Source: Promethearchaeota archaeon (lineage in GTDB: Archaea > Asgardarchaeota > Lokiarchaeia > Sigyniarchaeales > SOKP01). Taken from it: 32,000 bases of DNA. The notes under the pieces were generated by a model. The model was not told the origin of the DNA, did no database searches, and saw only the letters and a list, made by a program, of their open reading frames with translations. Shown here piece by piece: positions 17,053-25,708 of this stretch (position 1 is the first letter of the stretch; the number at the start of each line of letters is the position of its first letter). The position numbers and the translations under genes are program-made. The DNA lies in contig JAUWGH010000002.1 of the NCBI GenBank assembly GCA_030606485.1, positions 420,001 through 452,000 of the forward strand, read 5' to 3'.

Positions 17053-18138
17053 GTGGCGTATTATATTGCAACTTTACCTGTAACAATTATTTTTATAATA
17101 AATGGTTTTGGGCAATTATTTTATGCCTTAAAATTAAATAAACAATTTCCAAAGGAACATAATTTTAAGAATTTTTATTTTATTTTTCTACTATGGATAA
17201 CTGCAGCATTATGTTATCCTTTCTTTTATTCAACGGATAATGTTAATATTAAATGGTTTCAGGGATTATCAAATTTTTTCATTTGCATTTTCACGCCGTC
17301 TATAATATTTTTGATACTCCTATATCAATATGTAGCTGTTGTTAAAAAAAATCCAAACATAAAAGAAAAGAGAAACATTAAAAGGTCTATTGAAGAATTC
17401 GATAAGAAGCTCGAAAATATCGATGATTTAGAATCATATGACCTAAATACAGACATACACAGAAAAGCGCTTCATCTTTTTCCAGCAGGAATTATAGTTT
17501 TATTATGGGTATTTGCTATTTATATATGGGAAGGCATATGGCATGCAAATCAGGTATGGGGGATAAGTGGGGGGGATTTTGGTGTTTTTTTAATATTGAC
17601 AGTGGGATATTCAGGTATTCTGTTATTTGCCGGTTTAGATTATGTTCGATTATCGTTTATTTTTAAGAATTCAAATATTTATCATCTATTACCGAATAAT
17701 GTTCTTAACATTCTAAGTAAGACAATGAAAAGAAATGAATTATTTGAGTTTATTAGACCAGTATCATTGGTTTTAGCGTTCATACCGAGTTTATTTTTAC
17801 CATTTAGCATATTTATTTCTATTGCATTAATAGCAACTTTAGCAGATGGAGCTGCATCTATTTTTGGAAAAAGATTTGGAAAAATACATTTTCCTAAACA
17901 CAATAAAAAAACAATAATTGGTTATATTAGTGGATTTACTGTCGCTTTCTTAATAGGGATTGTTTGTCTTTTAATTTTTGAAGAAAATTTAAATTTTTCA
18001 GAATTAATTATTATATCATTAGCAGGAGCAATTGTCTTTTTTTTGATTGATATATTAAATCTAAATATTGATGATAACATATTAAATCCATTATTTTGTG
18101 CTTTGGTTATGGGATATCTATATCTCTTATTTGCCTGA
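17053..18138 (+). CDS. CTP-dependent polyprenol/diacylglycerol kinase family membrane protein (dolichol kinase / phytol kinase / Dgk1-like)
   Basis: Multi-TM protein with DIHRKALHL, LADGAASIFGKRFGK, KKTIIG and NIDDNILNP. The ORF track starts at TTG 16981, overlapping the upstream gene; the in-frame GTG at 17053 is the more plausible start. Confidence 0.8.
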   Translation: MAYYIATLPVTIIFIINGFGQLFYALKLNKQFPKEHNFKNFYFIFLLWITAALCYPFFYSTDNVNIKWFQGLSNFFICIFTPSIIFLILLYQYVAVVKKNPNIKEKRNIKRSIEEFDKKLENIDDLESYDLNTDIHRKALHLFPAGIIVLLWVFAIYIWEGIWHANQVWGISGGDFGVFLILTVGYSGILLFAGLDYVRLSFIFKNSNIYHLLPNNVLNILSKTMKRNELFEFIRPVSLVLAFIPSLFLPFSIFISIALIATLADGAASIFGKRFGKIHFPKHNKKTIIGYISGFTVAFLIGIVCLLIFEENLNFSELIIISLAGAIVFFLIDILNLNIDDNILNPLFCALVMGYLYLLFA

Positions 18139-18184
18139 GATTTAAAATCGAATTTAAGAAAATAGAATAAAATCTTTATATTAT

Positions 18185-18197
18185 CGAAATTTATAAA
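18185..18197 (+). promoter_or_regulatory. Candidate BRE-TATA promoter of tRNA-Gly
   Basis: CGAAA followed by TTTATAAA, about 40 nt upstream of the mature tRNA 5' end. Confidence 0.45.
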
Positions 18198-18233
18198 CTT
18201 TTAATAAGGAAAATGTATTAAATCTAAAGATTT

Positions 18234-18304
18234 GCGCTCGTGGTATAGTGGTAGAACTTAGGCTTCCCAAGCCTAAGACCCGGGTTCGATTCCCGGCGGG
18301 CGCA
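18234..18304 (+). tRNA. tRNA-Gly (anticodon CCC), intronless, CCA not encoded
   Basis: Acceptor stem GCGCTCG/CGGGCGC plus discriminator A; anticodon arm TTAGGC-TTCCCAA-GCCTAA; T arm CCGGG-TTCGATT-CCCGG. Confidence 0.97.
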
Positions 18305-18325
18305 TATTATTTATTTTTTAATTTT

Positions 18326-20515
18326 TTACCAAGAAAGACCTTTTCTAAATCTTATATCAGAAATTATTGTATCCATTATATCCTTTGGAACAGGTTGGAA
18401 TGAATGAAAAATATTTTGCCAAAATGCTCTACCTGAGGTTTTATTTCTAATATCTTCAGTAAAATCCATAGCATGTCTAACAGGCATAAAAAAATCAATT
18501 AATGTTTGATATTCATTATATTGAAAAACTTTATTAACTTTTAATTGGTATTTCGCCAATAAATTTAATGCTTTTTTTATCAATTCAGGAGGAATTTGGA
18601 TAGTAGTCTGATAAATCGGTTCAAGTAAAACTAATTGGGCATCATTTAAACATTGCTTAATAGCATCAAATATCATAGTAGTCAATTCTGAAATTGAACT
18701 ATCTTCTTCTTTCGATGAAATATTAATAGCTTCTATTACAATTTTTATTTCTGTAAGAACCTCACCACAGAGGGGTCCATTTAAACAGATTTTATTAAAA
18801 ATATCAATGATTTTATTCTTATCTTTATCATTTAAGATGATATCCTTAATATCCAACGGATTATTTATTAAAATATTTAAATTTTCATCACAATTGAGAA
18901 ATCCTTCAATTTCTTTTGATGAAAAATTAGTTTTCTCTTTTAAGAATTCTTTTAATTTATTTAATGGCTTAATAATTTTATGTTCACCAGATCTAAAGAA
19001 TTGAAGTGTTTTGTGATCTAAGCGTTTGATTTTGATTTGTATTGAATTTTCCCCATTTGGTGAAATGGTTGAAATTGATGAAGATTTGCCAAGGCAAGAT
19101 TCCTTAAAAACACTTCGTGGCTTAGACATATCAACTCCAATACCTCTCTTTTTAATTTCATTAACACTAACTTCTAAATGTAATGGTCCCATTCCAGAAA
19201 GCAATAATTCACCAGTATCTGGACTTTCAGTATATTGTAAATTTGGGTCTTCGATAAGTAAAGCTTCGATCTGATTTTTTAATGGATCCAAATCCTTGAG
19301 ATATTCGGGTTCCACTGATACAGTAATAACTGGTGTAGTAATGTATTTCACATTTTCAAATGCAATCATTTGATCAGAAAATTTTGTCTCGATTAGTGTT
19401 TCCCCACTTTTTATATTCTTTAAACCTCCAATTGCAGCAATATTTCCAACAGGTATCTCTTCTACTATGTCTCTTCTTGCACCCATAAATACTGCAACAG
19501 ATTGAATAATCTGTTCATTATTTTCTCTTAAAAGAAATATTGGATTTTTTACTCTTAATACACCAGAAAATATTCTTCCGGTTCCAATTAATCTACCTTT
19601 ATCATTTATAACTTTACTAAGGCAAATTATTAATGGTCCATTTGGATCACATTCTATCATAGCTTTTCCGATTTCTGAGGTGATATCTCCTTCCCAAATT
19701 TTTTTGATTCGATACTTTTGTGCTTCTATAGGATTTGGAATGTGATCTACAACCATTTCTAATATTGCTTCATGGATTGGATTTAGGACAGCTAGTGATT
19801 CATAACCATTATTAAGATATTTATTTCGTAGGTCTTCAAAAGATATTTTATTTTTCTCGAATATAGATAATGTAAAGCCCCATTTATGCAGAGCCGAACC
19901 GAATGCAACTGTTCCGGCTGCAGGAGAAACTTTCCATTCATCTTTAAATTCCGAATCTGCATATCTTTCAATTAATTTGTTAAAATCATTTATAATTCGA
20001 GAAATTTTTTTCCTAATTTGTTTGGGCTTTAATTTTAATTCTCTAAATAATCGATCTAACTTATTAATAAATAGAACAGGCTTTACCCCTTCTTGTAATG
20101 CTTGTTTAATTACCGTTTCTGATTGTGTTATAATTTCTTCTACTGCATCAACTATAACAATAACTCCATCAATCAATCTTAGGGCTCTTGTAACTTTACC
20201 GCTAAAATCTAAATGTCCTGGAGTATCAACTAAATTTATTAAAAATTCCTCGTTTCTACCTAATACTTTCTCATAATATAAAGAGATATTAGTTGATTTC
20301 ATAGTGATACCACGCCTTTGTTCTTCTTCTAAGTAATCTAAAACTCTAGCTTCTCCTGCAAGGTCATGTGAGAGTAATCCAGCTTCACTCAAAAGTGAAT
20401 CAGATAATGTTGTCTTACCATGGTCAATATGGCCAACAAGACCTATGTTCCTAATTTTTTCTATTTTATGCATGAGTTTTAATATCTCATCAGTTTCCTT
20501 AGTTCTTCGAGGCAT
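18326..20515 (-). CDS. Elongation factor 2 paralogue (aEF-2p type) lacking the diphthamide motif
   Basis: G motifs are intact (GHIDHGKTT, RGIT, DTPGH, NKLD) and the EF-2 domain layout is complete. The domain IV loop reads ISSKEEDSSISEL where the canonical form is HEDxxHRG. Confidence 0.85.
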   Translation of the reverse strand: MPRRTKETDEILKLMHKIEKIRNIGLVGHIDHGKTTLSDSLLSEAGLLSHDLAGEARVLDYLEEEQRRGITMKSTNISLYYEKVLGRNEEFLINLVDTPGHLDFSGKVTRALRLIDGVIVIVDAVEEIITQSETVIKQALQEGVKPVLFINKLDRLFRELKLKPKQIRKKISRIINDFNKLIERYADSEFKDEWKVSPAAGTVAFGSALHKWGFTLSIFEKNKISFEDLRNKYLNNGYESLAVLNPIHEAILEMVVDHIPNPIEAQKYRIKKIWEGDITSEIGKAMIECDPNGPLIICLSKVINDKGRLIGTGRIFSGVLRVKNPIFLLRENNEQIIQSVAVFMGARRDIVEEIPVGNIAAIGGLKNIKSGETLIETKFSDQMIAFENVKYITTPVITVSVEPEYLKDLDPLKNQIEALLIEDPNLQYTESPDTGELLLSGMGPLHLEVSVNEIKKRGIGVDMSKPRSVFKESCLGKSSSISTISPNGENSIQIKIKRLDHKTLQFFRSGEHKIIKPLNKLKEFLKEKTNFSSKEIEGFLNCDENLNILINNPLDIKDIILNDKDKNKIIDIFNKICLNGPLCGEVLTEIKIVIEAINISSKEEDSSISELTTMIFDAIKQCLNDAQLVLLEPIYQTTIQIPPELIKKALNLLAKYQLKVNKVFQYNEYQTLIDFFMPVRHAMDFTEDIRNKTSGRAFWQNIFHSFQPVPKDIMDTIISDIRFRKGLSW

Positions 20516-20595
20516 TATTAAGATCGACTATTAATAAATAATTGGTAATAAAGAGAATAAATAATCAATTTAATATCTTATTGTTCCAAATTAGG

Positions 20596-20689
20596 GGGAA
20601 ATGATTTAGCTACTCAAGATCTTCTTCATAGTCTTTAATCATATCGATTATTGACTCTGTTGGGTCAGATAGCGCATTAATCATTTCCC
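20596..20689. repeat. 11-bp inverted repeat GGGAAATGATT (20596-20606) / AATCATTTCCC (20679-20689) enclosing 72 nt with an internal hairpin
   Basis: Perfect reverse complement seen directly. Internal hairpin TATTGACTC-TGTT-GGGTCAGATA. Confidence 0.45.
20610..20684 (-). CDS. Possible 24-aa acidic small protein MINALSDPTESIIDMIKDYEEDLE
   Basis: ATG at 20684 preceded by AGGGAA, TAG at 20612-20610, same strand as and upstream of the EF-2 paralogue. Too short to validate by eye. Confidence 0.3.
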   Translation of the reverse strand: MINALSDPTESIIDMIKDYEEDLE

Positions 20690-20781
20690 TATTATTAATA
20701 TTAAATTTTATCATTTAAGAATTGCCTTTTTAATATACATTAAGCTATTAATCTAATTTTTAATGTTCTTTAAGTATTTTA

Positions 20782-21372
20782 ATGCATAATTTATTGATAG
20801 AAAAAAAAAATATTGATATGACAGAAATTGCTGTTGTTGATATTGAAACTACTTCTTTAAAGCCATGGGAAGGCTCAATAATTGAAATTGGAATTTGTTG
20901 CTTGAATCTTGAAAATGGATCTATCTCAAAACTTTTTGATACAGTTGTTAGAGAAGAAAGATTTAATATAACTACCGAAAATAACGCATGGATTTTTCAA
21001 AATTCATCTATTACAGCTCAAGAAATTCTAAATGCACCCAGATGGGAAAAAATCAGAGATAAACTCAATATTATATTTGATAGATATCCTGTAGCTGCCT
21101 ATAATAAGCAATTCGATTTTGGATTCTTAAGATCTCGCAATATTATTCCAAAGAAAGAATTACCATGTCCAATGATCCTTGCCACACCAATTTTAAAATT
21201 ACCTCATTCAGATCCATATTATTCAAATTACAAATGGCCTTCAGTAGAAGAATGCTGGGATTGGTATTTTCCACAGATTCCATATATAGAAAAACATCGA
21301 GCATATGATGACTGTATTCATGAAGCCCAAATAATATATAAGATGCATTGCGTTGGACATTATACTTTTTGA
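20782..21372 (+). CDS. DEDDh 3'-5' exonuclease (DnaQ/Pol III epsilon-like)
   Basis: ExoI VVDIETTS, ExoII AYNKQFDFGFL, ExoIII HRAYDD. The true start may be the ATG at 20818. Confidence 0.9.
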   Translation: MHNLLIEKKNIDMTEIAVVDIETTSLKPWEGSIIEIGICCLNLENGSISKLFDTVVREERFNITTENNAWIFQNSSITAQEILNAPRWEKIRDKLNIIFDRYPVAAYNKQFDFGFLRSRNIIPKKELPCPMILATPILKLPHSDPYYSNYKWPSVEECWDWYFPQIPYIEKHRAYDDCIHEAQIIYKMHCVGHYTF

Positions 21373-21393
21373 TTAAATCAATTTTCTTTTTTT

Positions 21394-21603
21394 TTACTTC
21401 CCTCTTGGCATATAATATTCGCAATTTAAAATAGGCATATCCCAAGGTTTTGCAAATCCAATTGCGTTTAATTTCAAACAAAGAAGAGGTAGATCTTCTT
21501 TAGGACGTTCTGCATATTTACAGAATAAACAGCTTTTAGAATAACGTTGCTGACCGATTTTTTTTTGGGTTTTCCCTATTTTATTTTCAATCAATTTTAA
21601 CAT
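21394..21603 (-). CDS. Small Cys-containing hypothetical protein (possible metal-binding)
   Basis: 69 aa with CLFC plus two further Cys; fills the gap between convergent genes. Confidence 0.55.
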   Translation of the reverse strand: MLKLIENKIGKTQKKIGQQRYSKSCLFCKYAERPKEDLPLLCLKLNAIGFAKPWDMPILNCEYYMPRGK

Positions 21604-21791
21604 CGATTTTTAAAATAAAAGAGAAATAAGTATATTTAAAGAAAAAAACAAAGAAAAAGAATCAAAAAGAATGTAATTTAATTAAATATTTAATTATTTT
21701 CAAATTAACATAGATTCTGAATTAGGATTTATTTGTTAAATAATTGTAAAATGTTCATATCTAGAAATGATTTGATGGAAGAGTATATAAT

Positions 21792-22427
21792 TTAATCTAG
21801 GATGACCTCCCCATCAATTCTAACAATTCGACCATCCACATGTAATCTACCATCACAAAATAACTCTATGGCTTTTGGAAAAATTTTATGCTCCCACTTT
21901 AAAATTCTTGCTCCCAGTGTGTCTTCGGTGTCGGTATTATATGCAGGAACACATTTTTGAATAATTATAGGTCCATGATCAGAATGATGATCTACAAAAT
22001 GAACGGTACAACCTGAAACTTTTACCCCATATTCTACAGCATCCCTCTGGGCATGCATTCCCTTGAATGAAGGGAGTAGAGCAGGATGTATATTCATAAC
22101 ACTTTCTTTAAATTGGCTAAGAAAATATTTACTTACTAACCTCATGTACCCTACTAAAACAATTAAGTCGCATGAATATTCCTTTAGCAACTTTACCATT
22201 TTTTTATCAAATTCCTCTCTTGTTCCTTTATGTTTATCAGATTCAATTAAGTAGTAAGGGATATTAAAGTTCTTAGCACGTTTCATACATAAAGCCCCCA
22301 GTTTATTACAAATGAGTACAACAACTTTTGCTTTATTTTTTAGGATGCCCTCTTCCGTTGCCTTAACTATCGCTTCAAAATTAGACCCACTACCACTTGC
22401 TATTGCACCAATTTTTATTAATTTCAT
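21792..22427 (-). CDS. purN: Phosphoribosylglycinamide formyltransferase (folate-dependent)
   Basis: ASGSGSNFEAI, VLVGYMRLV, NIHPALLPSFKG, GCTVHFVD...DHGPIIIQ. Confidence 0.95.
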   Translation of the reverse strand: MKLIKIGAIASGSGSNFEAIVKATEEGILKNKAKVVVLICNKLGALCMKRAKNFNIPYYLIESDKHKGTREEFDKKMVKLLKEYSCDLIVLVGYMRLVSKYFLSQFKESVMNIHPALLPSFKGMHAQRDAVEYGVKVSGCTVHFVDHHSDHGPIIIQKCVPAYNTDTEDTLGARILKWEHKIFPKAIELFCDGRLHVDGRIVRIDGEVILD

Positions 22428-22722
22428 GATGTATTGAAATATTAATTTTTAGAATTTTAAAATTTTATTATTATAATAAACTTTTTATAATTATGCTAAT
22501 ATAGTTTATTTGGAATAAGCTCTTTAATGAAAATTTTATAGCAATTTTATTAATGAAATATAAATAAAAGAGATTTAATCTCTTGTAACTTAAAATCTCA
22601 TATTAATCTGATTAACTATATCTTTATTTGATATGTATATATTTTAATGTTTTATTATCTTAAATTGCAAATCATGAATTTTTTTATAAAAAAAGAAACT
22701 AATTCTTTAAATACTGAGTAAA

Positions 22723-24630
22723 ATGAGTTGCGAACGTGAATTAAATAGGATAAAAACTGTAATTAAAAAGAATCTTCCAGCAGACATAAAAATAAAAAAG
22801 ATCGAGTTTGAGGGTCCTGATATTGCGGTTTATTCTGAAAATCCTAAAGTTTTAATAGATGATGCTAATATTTTAAAAGATTTAGCAAAAAAGATGCGAA
22901 AAAGGATCGTAGTAAGATGGAATTTTGAGAAACGTAGAGATATGATAGAAACCGAGAAATATATTCAAGATTTAATTGGAGAGGATGCAGAAATTTCAAA
23001 TATCGAATTTGACGAAAATAAAGGAGAAGTAATTATTGAATCTGCAAAACCAGGATTGGTTATCGGTAAAAAAGGAAATAATTTAACAGAGATAAGAAGA
23101 AATACCTTTTGGCAGCCAATAGCTATTAGAGCCCCACCTATAGACTCAAAAACGATTAAGTTAATTAGAGGTATGTTAAAGACTGAACGCGCCAAACAAA
23201 AGCAAATTCTTCTTAAAATTGGAAAGAGAATACATCGACCTACTCTGTTTAATGATTTAAAAATACGGATGACTGCTCTAGGAGGTTTCAGAGAAGTTGG
23301 GAGATCATGTATTTTAATCCAAACAAATGATAGTAGTATTTTGTTAGATTGCGGAGTAAATGTTGGGAATAGAAACAATCAATTTCCCTTTTTTGAGGTT
23401 CCACAATTTTTAATAAGAGATTTAGATGCTGTTGTGTTAACTCATGCCCATTTAGACCATTCTGGATTAGTTCCATTCCTTTTCAAATATGGTTATCGTG
23501 GTCCACTTTATTGTACTCTTCCAACACGTAATTTATCAACAATGCTTCAATTGGATTACATTTCAGTCGCTGAGAGAGAAGGACGACCTGCTCCCTATTC
23601 AAAAAGGGATGTAAAAACAACTGTGTTACATACAATTCCATTATCATATGGAAAAGTTACAGACATCGCTCCGGATGTTAAACTAACATTGCATAATTCA
23701 GGGCATATTCTTGGTGGATCAATTGTACATTTACATTTTGGAGATGGAGGTTATAATTTTGTTTATACTGGGGATTATAAATTTCAGAAAACAAGATTAT
23801 TAGAACCCGCTACTGTGAGCTTTCCACGAGTTGAATGTCTTTTGACTGAATCTACTTATGGTGGGGCACAAGATCGAATTCCAAGCCGTCATGAATCTGA
23901 AAAGGAACTTAGAGATGTAATTAATGCTCATATCAGGAAAGGTGGAAAAATTTTAATTCCCGTCTTAGCAGTGGGACGAGCACAAGAATTAATTATTATT
24001 CTTGAAGAATTTATTTCTCATGGATTAATTGATAAAGTTCCTATCTTTATAGACGGATTAATCAGTGAAGCGACAGCTATACATACTGCTAATCCAGATT
24101 TTTTAAGTAGTGATTTAAGAGAAAAAATCCTTCATCAAGGGAAAAATCCCTTTTTAAGTGAATATTTCACAACCATAAGTTCTAAAGACGAACGAAAGGA
24201 GGTAATTAAAGGAGGTCCGTGCATTATATTAGCTACATCTGGAATGTTGATTGGAGGACCTTCATTAATATATTTAAAAGAATTAGCCGATGATTCGAAA
24301 AATGGATTGATATTTGTATCTTATCAAGTAGAGGGAACATTAGGTCGCAGGGTTCAAAAAGGTTTTAAAGAATTTCAATATGAAGATACAAGAGGACGGA
24401 CTCAACTCGTTAAATTAAATTTACACTTATATACAATATCAGGTTTTTCAGGACACAGTTCAAGATCGCAAATCTCTCAATATATACGCAAGATCAACCC
24501 ACCTCCCAGACTAATCATTGTGAATCATGGAGAGGAATCAAAAACGGTGAGTCTTTCATCATTGCTACATAAGAAACTAAAACGAACGACTAAAAGCCCT
24601 ACAAATATGGAAACAATCCGTCTAAAATAA
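22723..24630 (+). CDS. fttA: Beta-CASP ribonuclease aCPSF1 / transcription termination factor FttA (KH + metallo-beta-lactamase + beta-CASP)
   Basis: N-terminal KH domains (EFEGP, KPGLVIGKKG), LGGFREVGRSC, THAHLDHSG, GHILG, YTGDYK, ESTYGG, GRAQE, GFSGHS, NHGE. Confidence 0.96.
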   Translation: MSCERELNRIKTVIKKNLPADIKIKKIEFEGPDIAVYSENPKVLIDDANILKDLAKKMRKRIVVRWNFEKRRDMIETEKYIQDLIGEDAEISNIEFDENKGEVIIESAKPGLVIGKKGNNLTEIRRNTFWQPIAIRAPPIDSKTIKLIRGMLKTERAKQKQILLKIGKRIHRPTLFNDLKIRMTALGGFREVGRSCILIQTNDSSILLDCGVNVGNRNNQFPFFEVPQFLIRDLDAVVLTHAHLDHSGLVPFLFKYGYRGPLYCTLPTRNLSTMLQLDYISVAEREGRPAPYSKRDVKTTVLHTIPLSYGKVTDIAPDVKLTLHNSGHILGGSIVHLHFGDGGYNFVYTGDYKFQKTRLLEPATVSFPRVECLLTESTYGGAQDRIPSRHESEKELRDVINAHIRKGGKILIPVLAVGRAQELIIILEEFISHGLIDKVPIFIDGLISEATAIHTANPDFLSSDLREKILHQGKNPFLSEYFTTISSKDERKEVIKGGPCIILATSGMLIGGPSLIYLKELADDSKNGLIFVSYQVEGTLGRRVQKGFKEFQYEDTRGRTQLVKLNLHLYTISGFSGHSSRSQISQYIRKINPPPRLIIVNHGEESKTVSLSSLLHKKLKRTTKSPTNMETIRLK

Positions 24631-24727
24631 TTATTTCAAAGCATTAAGTGTAAAAATCTTTTTCATAAAAATTATAATAAATCTATTTTTAATTTATTAA
24701 TATCTACAATAAAATACGTAATTTTTT

Positions 24728-25690
24728 GTGAATTATCTTTTGACGTCAGTTGATGAAGAATATAAAAAAAGACCGAGATATATTTCGATACTTCGTATTA
24801 CTATTCAGATTTTAAGCTTTTTTTTGATTAATTACATAATAATTGAGTTGATATTTCAAATTGATATGGATTTGTTTGAAGGATTAATTAAAATCCTACC
24901 TATTCTAAATTCCCCTCGAAATCCAATTTCGAAAGGAGCTGGGTTTCTAGAATTTATTATTTACATGATTGGTCAAGCAGAATTTCCATTTTTAATAATT
25001 GGAATACTGATATTAATATCCTTATTATTTTCCCGCATATTTTGTGGATTTATTTGTCCAATTGGTTCAATTCAAGATTTTCTATCAATATTTCGTTCAA
25101 AAAAAAAAAAACAATTCTCAAGAAATACTCATAAATTTTTGATTCATATTAAGTTGGTTATCTTGTTAATTATAATTATTGCGATAATGTCTTTAGGTAT
25201 TGCAAAAATGATTAATCCAATTTTTTATATTGAATACAAAAGTAATTTAGGAACTTTTGCAGATAAACCGCTAGGTTATTTTTCTTTATCCGAATATTTA
25301 TTTGTTTTTTTCCCGGAAATAATTCAAGATATAATTAATTCTGGTGAAATTCAAATTTTATTTAGTGATTTTTTAACTTTTTTCATATTTTTCTTTTATA
25401 TTATAATTCTAATACTTGCAGTGTATTATCCCAGAGTATATTGCAGATATTTATGCCCATATGCGGCTTTAAGTTCACTATTTAGTGAATATTCTTTTTT
25501 GAAATTAAAACGTAATCCGGTAAAATGCGCGGGACGAAAAGAGTGCGGAATTTGTGAGAGAGTGTGCCCGATGCAGATTAGAATTTTAGATGAAAAATTT
25601 GAAGGCTTTACTGGAGGAGGAGAATGTATTTTATGCCTTCGATGTATTGAAAAATGTCCATATAATGCGCTGAAAATTAAATTTGGTTAA
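24728..25690 (+). CDS. Membrane polyferredoxin, NapH/MauN-like 4Fe-4S binding protein
   Basis: GTG start; TM helices; RIFCGFICPIG and RVYCRYLCPY motifs; C-terminal CGICERVCP and CILCLRCIEKCP. Confidence 0.88.
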   Translation: MNYLLTSVDEEYKKRPRYISILRITIQILSFFLINYIIIELIFQIDMDLFEGLIKILPILNSPRNPISKGAGFLEFIIYMIGQAEFPFLIIGILILISLLFSRIFCGFICPIGSIQDFLSIFRSKKKKQFSRNTHKFLIHIKLVILLIIIIAIMSLGIAKMINPIFYIEYKSNLGTFADKPLGYFSLSEYLFVFFPEIIQDIINSGEIQILFSDFLTFFIFFFYIIILILAVYYPRVYCRYLCPYAALSSLFSEYSFLKLKRNPVKCAGRKECGICERVCPMQIRILDEKFEGFTGGGECILCLRCIEKCPYNALKIKFG

Positions 25691-25708
25691 TTTTTTAATT
25701 AGGATTTT

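Noticed and set aside
17558-17575. G-rich run GGGGGATAAGTGGGGGGG
   Set aside because: It lies in coding sequence (W-G-I-S-G-G-D) and gives only three G3 tracts, so it is not a canonical G4.
20601-20647. SECIS-like spacing ATGA-N11-AA upstream of a GA
   Set aside because: The would-be helix II does not base-pair, and no gene nearby has an in-frame TGA needing Sec recoding; the only internal stop found is TAA.
22568-22584. Perfect palindrome AAGAGATT-T-AATCTCTT between the divergent purN and aCPSF1 genes
   Set aside because: It could be an operator, but 8-bp arms are roughly at chance level in several kb of AT-rich intergenic DNA and I found no second copy.
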